Assembly (NCBI GenBank): GCA_963833575.1
Contig: CAWHXY010000007.1
Span: 416,001-480,000, forward strand
Reading direction: 5' to 3'
DNA length: 64,000 bases
From: Candidatus Bathyarchaeota archaeon
Lineage (GTDB): Archaea; Thermoproteota; Bathyarchaeia; Bathyarchaeales; Bathycorpusculaceae
Below are positions 58,649 through 64,000 of the stretch, piece after piece. The number at the start of each line of letters is the position of its first letter. Positions within the stretch are counted from its first letter, which is position 1. The notes under the pieces were generated by a model. It saw only the letters and a list, made by a program, of their open reading frames with translations. It ran no database searches and was not told the origin of the DNA. A program made the translations under genes and the position numbers.

Positions 58649-58757
58649 GGGTTTGCTGAGGCTCTGGAAAACAAGGAGAAAATAAAGCAAATGCAAATGC
58701 TCTATCTTCCAAATACTTAGCTATCTCTTGAAATTCAACCAGAGCCTGCTCAGCCCC
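58649..58757 (-). ncRNA. Conserved bulge-helix-bulge stem element, copy 3
   Basis: Minus strand TGGG-GCTG-AGC-AGGCTCTGG…71 nt…CCAGAGCCT-CAGC-AAA-CCCA, 63 nt after stop of paralog 3. Confidence 0.65.
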
Positions 58758-58820
58758 ATCCATACTCATTGACTTCAAAAAAATAAAAAAGGGAAATGAT
58801 TTTTGATATGCATTTTTGGT

Positions 58821-61541
58821 TTATGGGTGTTTTCTTGTGACAAGAATTGCGAGAACAGCGCCTATTACGATTATCGCGATTATGATTGCTATCCCTATGT
58901 ATTCAAGTGTGCTTTGAGTGGCTACGTTGCCAATCGCTGTTGCTGTGGGCACTTGTGTTGCTTGTGGGAGGCTTGCGTAGAAAGCTGTTGTTGCAGATGA
59001 TTCATAGTAAGATTGGGTGCCTGCGAAAGTGGCTGTAACTGTAAAGTTGCCTGGTATTGTTGGTGTCCACGTAAGACTGTAGAAACCGCTTGGAGTTGTC
59101 GTTGCAGTGCCGATTGGGTAGCAGTTGCCGTTAGAATCAGTGACCGCTATCGTAACTGGAACGCCGGTTATGTTTGATGGCATTACCTGCTGCTCGTAGA
59201 CTGCTTCCATGAACTGTGTCATGCTAGCGTCGGATACACATGGAAGACCGTTGGGGAAGTTCGCTGCGATTGCTTCTTGCTTTGAGCCGGCTGAGATGTC
59301 CATAGCTGTGCCAGTGATTGTTACTGGCGTGGATGTTGTAACGGCATTTTGTGGAGTTGAAACCGTTGTTGCGCTGGGTCCTTTGCCGTATGCGTAGATT
59401 TGGTTGTCGTAGGCGTTCATAACTGTGGCGATACCGAAGGCGATTGCAGGGGGGTTTGTGACATCGAAACCCAATATTTTCCACACAAGTTGTCCAGTTG
59501 TAATGTTTATAGCCAATTGTTGAGCTCCGTGAAACAGCGGTGGACTGTATTCGTGACCTTCCGGTACGTATAGGATTCCGTCGGCGACTGTACCGCAATC
59601 GAAAGTCCATAAGGGCCAAGTGCCGTAGGGTGTGTTAGTTCCTGCATCACCTTGTAGCGTGTTGGTATTTGTCTGCCAAATGATAGTTCCGTTTGCCATG
59701 TTAATAGCCCAAATATCTCCTCCGAAGCCATAAAGATACATTATGCCATTAGCAAGCACGTTTCTGAAGCCTCCTGTTGAGTCGTATGGATTACAATTGG
59801 TTAACTGCAGAGTCCATAATTGAGAGCCTGTTGTGGCACTGTAACCGATGGCTTGGTAATTATCTTGGTTGATTTCCACGTAGATTTCGGAAGAAGGTGA
59901 GGTTATGTCAACTCTGGTGCCAGGTGCTTCTGTTCGATTAACTGCCCAAAGCTGTTGACCTGTTCTGGAACTGTAGGCTGCTTCAATCTGAAAACCGGTG
60001 TTGAAAAAGTTTTCACCCGGAGTTATGCAAGTCAAAAGTACCACACCACTATTTACGCTGCCCCCGATGTCTGAACCTGTTGCTCCAAAAGACAAGCTTT
60101 GAGGCAGAGGAACGCCCGTAATGTTTGTGGCTATTGGCATTGACCATTCTAGTCCATAGCTAAAGGGTATGATAGCGCCTTGTGGCGGTCGCCATTCCCA
60201 AATGTTGGTGTTGAAGTTTGTTGCTAAGTCATAGTTTTGAACGCATAATGTTGAGTTCCATTCGTTTAATGTTTCTGTTGTAGAGTTAATGTAGTAACCG
60301 ATGAGATTCCCCTGATCATCTTCTGTAAGAGTCATTGCGGTTCCGTTGACGATACTTAGAATATAGTTTCCTGTTGATGCATCGAACATGTTGTAGGTTG
60401 TGGACGCAGTGGCGGCGTGGGTAAATTGGTCGACCATAACGGTAGGTGCAATGTTTGTGGCTGCTGCTACCATGGCAGGTGTTCCAGTACTCCAAAGGTA
60501 AGTAAGCGCTCCGAATTGGTTTGGACTCACGTAATAAAGCGTCTGTCCGCATCTTAACACTGTACAGGGTCCTGCTGATGCAACGTTTGGTTGAAGCGTG
60601 GAAGTTGAGCCTATTGGGGATGGTAGCGTAAGCGGATAATCCGTCGTCCACAGAGTCTTACCAGTGTACAAGTCAACTGCGACCCACCCTGTGGGGTTAG
60701 CGATAGTGCCTTGGTATTGAGTATAGTACATGACGCCGTTCATTATTATGGGTGCAAATTTTGGTTCGTACTGAGAGGTTGCATAATAGTTGCTTGTTCC
60801 GGTTGCTCCAAATTCTCCTCCAAGTACACCTCCAGGTGCTGCGGGTCTGGTCCACATAATGTGAGCGGTTGTGGGCGATGTAGTGTAAGGATTGTAGTTT
60901 GATGTACAGTTATAATTTCCTGTATTCGCGCTAAATATTTGTCCCAAACCAAGCCAGTTTCCTGTAAGAATAGACCATGGGTATACGTTTTCGGAGTTTA
61001 CGGGTGTTTGCCAGTAGTTGGTTGGAAGTGGATTAGTAGGCAACGAAGGTATTGGTTGCTGCTGTACAGTTAGCGTTGCACTTATGTTGCTAGGTTCAAA
61101 ATAGTCTCCGATGAATGCTTTTGTGAAGGCTGTTGTTGCTGGACTGAGATTGCTGCCTGCTAGAATTTGTCCTGGAAAAGTAAAGAAGAAGCTGTAATTT
61201 CCCAGTTGAGAAGGCGTATACGTGGTGTACGTTCCACCAGTATCGTCGGAAGTAAATGGTCCGAGTGTTTCAGTTGTGCCGTCCGGTTTTGTTACTACCA
61301 CTTTGAAGTTTTGCCATCTGTCACCATACTGCACGTTCGCTGTCGGAGGGGGTTGAGCTAGCCACATGCCAATTGTTACTGTTTGTCCGACGCCTGCAGG
61401 GTTAGGTGCAACATTAAGGTATGCTATGGTCGGCAAAGAAATGTTACCGGCTTTAGCTAAAGGAGCTGCGTGAGATGCCATCGAAAGTATGAAGAATATT
61501 ACAATAGTGATTGCTGCAATTTTATTTTTTCGTGTTTTCAT
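58821..61541 (-). CDS. Membrane-anchored PQQ-like beta-propeller surface protein, paralog 3
   Basis: Same architecture and motifs; ATG 61541 behind GGAG. Confidence 0.85.
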   Translation of the reverse strand: MKTRKNKIAAITIVIFFILSMASHAAPLAKAGNISLPTIAYLNVAPNPAGVGQTVTIGMWLAQPPPTANVQYGDRWQNFKVVVTKPDGTTETLGPFTSDDTGGTYTTYTPSQLGNYSFFFTFPGQILAGSNLSPATTAFTKAFIGDYFEPSNISATLTVQQQPIPSLPTNPLPTNYWQTPVNSENVYPWSILTGNWLGLGQIFSANTGNYNCTSNYNPYTTSPTTAHIMWTRPAAPGGVLGGEFGATGTSNYYATSQYEPKFAPIIMNGVMYYTQYQGTIANPTGWVAVDLYTGKTLWTTDYPLTLPSPIGSTSTLQPNVASAGPCTVLRCGQTLYYVSPNQFGALTYLWSTGTPAMVAAATNIAPTVMVDQFTHAATASTTYNMFDASTGNYILSIVNGTAMTLTEDDQGNLIGYYINSTTETLNEWNSTLCVQNYDLATNFNTNIWEWRPPQGAIIPFSYGLEWSMPIATNITGVPLPQSLSFGATGSDIGGSVNSGVVLLTCITPGENFFNTGFQIEAAYSSRTGQQLWAVNRTEAPGTRVDITSPSSEIYVEINQDNYQAIGYSATTGSQLWTLQLTNCNPYDSTGGFRNVLANGIMYLYGFGGDIWAINMANGTIIWQTNTNTLQGDAGTNTPYGTWPLWTFDCGTVADGILYVPEGHEYSPPLFHGAQQLAINITTGQLVWKILGFDVTNPPAIAFGIATVMNAYDNQIYAYGKGPSATTVSTPQNAVTTSTPVTITGTAMDISAGSKQEAIAANFPNGLPCVSDASMTQFMEAVYEQQVMPSNITGVPVTIAVTDSNGNCYPIGTATTTPSGFYSLTWTPTIPGNFTVTATFAGTQSYYESSATTAFYASLPQATQVPTATAIGNVATQSTLEYIGIAIIIAIIVIGAVLAILVTRKHP

Positions 61542-61753
61542 TTTTCTTTTCTCCATAATCCACAATATTTTCAATTTCTTTATAATACTTTTCAAAAGTG
61601 CAGAAAATAGTGAACATAACCGTTAAATTTGTGGATTTCAAACGACTATTTCACACATTCGCGCGCGCTAGATGTAGTCAATTCCCGAAAAATCCATGCT
61701 GGTTACTTACTAATTTTTTAGTACCGTCATGTAACTGATTTTGATGATAAGTA

Positions 61754-64000
61754 ATGGAAAAGCAGTCGGATTATCGCCAGCTTTACAATTCAATGCTTGA
61801 AGCCTTTGATGCCGTTAATCTGAACTATTTTGTCGTTGAAGTAAAATGTGACAAGAATGGTAAGCCTATAGATGTTCTTTACGTTGATGTTAGTCCAGCT
61901 ACAGAACGGTTGATAGGGAAAAGTAAGAAGGAGATTTTAGGAAAAACAAGGACTGAACTTATTGAAAAAGTAAATGATGAATTTCCAGAAAAATTCTTTA
62001 AAGTTATCCAAACAGGCAAGCCTGTTCATTTTCAAAGTTACGGTGCGGCAACTAAAAAGTATTATGATGTTTACGCTTGGAAGGTTACAAACCAAGAAGT
62101 AGCTGCTATAGTAACCGATGTAACTGAACGCAAAAATGCTGAAGAAGTACTTAAAGAAAGTGAAGAGCGCTTTTCCAAAGCATTCCATAAAAACCAACAA
62201 GCGATGGCAATCTCTGAATTAGATGGCAAAATAATTGAAATTAATGATAAATTCGCGCAACTATTTGACGTTGGCCGCCAGGAATTAGTTGGGCATTATA
62301 TGTCTGGTTTTGTCAAGTACGGTGACATATCCAAAAGGGAAAAGACGTTAAAGCTACTTAATGAGGGAAAAGAAGTTGAAGATGAGCAATCATACGTGCT
62401 TCAAACAGGCAGAAAGATAGATACAATATATTTCGTCCAAGTAATCAACGTGAATGGTAAAAAGCGTCTTTTTGGCATGTGGCAAAACATAACTGAACGC
62501 AAAAAAGCAGAACAAGCCCTTAAAGAAAGTGAGGAACGATTCCGAATTGCCCTCAAGAACTCGTCCGTTTCAGTTGCAGCTCAAGATTGTAACTTAAAAT
62601 ATGTTTGGGCATTTAACCAGAGAACTGCGCTCCCTGAACAAATAATTGGTAAATTGGATAGTGAAATATTTACTGCTGAAGAAGCGCTGCATCTTGATAA
62701 AGTCAAATGTCGGGTAATTAAAGAAAACATCGAAGTGAGAGAACAGTCTTGGTACAATAGACCAGATGGAAGAATCTTTTTAGATGTTACTTGGACACCT
62801 CTTCATGATTATAAAGGCAAAGTCATTGGAGTTGCAAGTGCAACGGTTGACTTGACTAGTTCGAAACTTTCTGAATTAGCGTTGAAAGAAAGCGAGAGCC
62901 GTTTTCGCTCCGTGTTGGACAATGCCCAAGACGTTATTTATAGGTTTAACCTTCAGACCGGGAAATATGAGTACACAAGCCCCTCAGTTAGAAAAATGGG
63001 GTTTGAACCCGAAGAATTGGTTGCCTTAAGCAGTAAAGAGGTATTTTCCCGCATACATCCAGAAGATGTAAATTTGTTTCTGAAAGGGCTAAACGACGCC
63101 AACATGAATGGCAAGAGCACGGTTGAGTATCGCTGGATGGATAAAGGAGGCCGATATAGATGGTGGTCTGTGCAGCTTATTATCGTTAAAGATGATAAAG
63201 GACGACCTCTTTATCGTGATGGCTTTGCCAGAGATATTACGGAGCGTAAAGAAAGGCAGGAGAAACTGGAAGACCAAGCCTCTCTTATTGACCTCAGCCC
63301 AGATGCTATACTTATTAAGAATATGGATGATACCATAATCTTTTGGAGTAAAGGCGCTGAAGAACTCTATGGTTGGACGAAAGAGGAGGCTATAGGGCAG
63401 AAAAGCCGTGTTCTTTTCAAGACTAGGTTCCCTGAACCCTATGTGGAAATATTGGCTGCGTTGCATTCTAAGGGGACCTGGACGGGAGAAAAGACACATA
63501 CCACAAAGAGTGGTAAACAAATTGTTGTCAACAGTCGGTGGCTTGCTAAACGAAATGAAAAGAGGCAACTGATGGAAATATTTGAAACTAACGAAGATAT
63601 TAGTGACCGCAAGATAGCAGAAAAAGAATTAAAGATAACTCGTGATCGGTTCTATGATAGTCTTTCTAAAATGCATGGTGCAATTCTGCTTGTTTCTACT
63701 GAAAATAGGGTTGAGTTTGCTAACCAAGCTTTCACTGAAATTTTTGATTTAAGTGAGACCCCATCGCAACTCCAAGGGCTTACTGCTGAAGAAATAATCG
63801 AGAAAATGAAGGATGGCTATGTGTCACCTAGTAGGGAGGAAGCAAGGATAAAGGAAATTGTCGTTGGCGGCAAACCTGTAATAGGTGAGGAGGTTGAGAT
63901 GACTGGTGGAAGAACTTACCTGCGAGATTTTATACCCTTAAATAAACAAGGAAGAACTGTCAGCCGTTTGTGGCACCATCTTGACATAACTAAGCAGAAA
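61754..64000 (+). CDS. Multi-PAS sensor protein (probable histidine kinase), 3'-truncated by window edge, absent from ORF track
   Basis: ATG 61754 (MEKQSDYRQLYNSM…) with repeated PAS/PAC junctions DVTERKNAEEVLKESEERF, NITERKKAEQALKESEERF, HPED, DITERK; no stop seen before window end. Confidence 0.85.
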   Translation, partial: MEKQSDYRQLYNSMLEAFDAVNLNYFVVEVKCDKNGKPIDVLYVDVSPATERLIGKSKKEILGKTRTELIEKVNDEFPEKFFKVIQTGKPVHFQSYGAATKKYYDVYAWKVTNQEVAAIVTDVTERKNAEEVLKESEERFSKAFHKNQQAMAISELDGKIIEINDKFAQLFDVGRQELVGHYMSGFVKYGDISKREKTLKLLNEGKEVEDEQSYVLQTGRKIDTIYFVQVINVNGKKRLFGMWQNITERKKAEQALKESEERFRIALKNSSVSVAAQDCNLKYVWAFNQRTALPEQIIGKLDSEIFTAEEALHLDKVKCRVIKENIEVREQSWYNRPDGRIFLDVTWTPLHDYKGKVIGVASATVDLTSSKLSELALKESESRFRSVLDNAQDVIYRFNLQTGKYEYTSPSVRKMGFEPEELVALSSKEVFSRIHPEDVNLFLKGLNDANMNGKSTVEYRWMDKGGRYRWWSVQLIIVKDDKGRPLYRDGFARDITERKERQEKLEDQASLIDLSPDAILIKNMDDTIIFWSKGAEELYGWTKEEAIGQKSRVLFKTRFPEPYVEILAALHSKGTWTGEKTHTTKSGKQIVVNSRWLAKRNEKRQLMEIFETNEDISDRKIAEKELKITRDRFYDSLSKMHGAILLVSTENRVEFANQAFTEIFDLSETPSQLQGLTAEEIIEKMKDGYVSPSREEARIKEIVVGGKPVIGEEVEMTGGRTYLRDFIPLNKQGRTVSRLWHHLDITKQK

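Noticed and set aside
48146-58757. The gene-trailing hairpins as integron attC sites or invertible-DNA repeats
   Set aside because: No RYYYAAC/GTTRRRY core sites and no integrase or invertase in the window; the two opposed 3-nt bulges around a 4-bp helix fit BHB much better. Not fully excluded without the rest of the genome.
48146-58757. The same elements as C/D box sRNAs or a CRISPR array
   Set aside because: No box C (RUGAUGA) in the loops; copies are kilobases apart and are inverted, not direct, repeats
61937-63568. ORFs 61937..62200, 63089..63568, 63108..63338
   Set aside because: Shadows of the long PAS sensor gene running off the window end

Overview
Archaeal chromosomal DNA, AT-rich with many TTG starts. 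Gene content (fwd operon, tandem Lrp regulators, expanded secreted beta-propeller family, EF-1alpha, archaeal SRP RNA) suggests Bathyarchaeia; this is inference, not a database result. 1-24 kb: a Se/Mo(W) cofactor region with LysR divergent from dsrE-tusA-selD, then nfnAB, modE-modABC, mobB-mobA, moeA, fdhD and fwdDBAC. 24-41 kb: mixed housekeeping genes (site-2 protease, tRNA-Pro, XPF nuclease, EF-1alpha, SRP RNA, OB-fold and zinc-ribbon proteins, sugar aminotransferase, glycosyltransferases). 41-64 kb: an accessory region with three intact ~870-910 aa membrane-anchored PQQ-like beta-propeller paralogs, one truncated paralog, regulators and a partial multi-PAS sensor. Most striking unexplained structure: each intact propeller gene is followed, 61-64 nt after its stop codon, by a conserved non-coding stem. 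On the sense strand this stem forms a canonical bulge-helix-bulge (tRNA splicing endonuclease) motif around a variable loop that is antisense to Shine-Dalgarno/start-codon-like sequence. It is a candidate family of 3'-UTR-derived, spliced circular regulatory RNAs. A second stand-alone candidate sRNA with anti-SD motifs lies at about 54246-54348. No CRISPR array, rRNA, transposase or integrase was seen.
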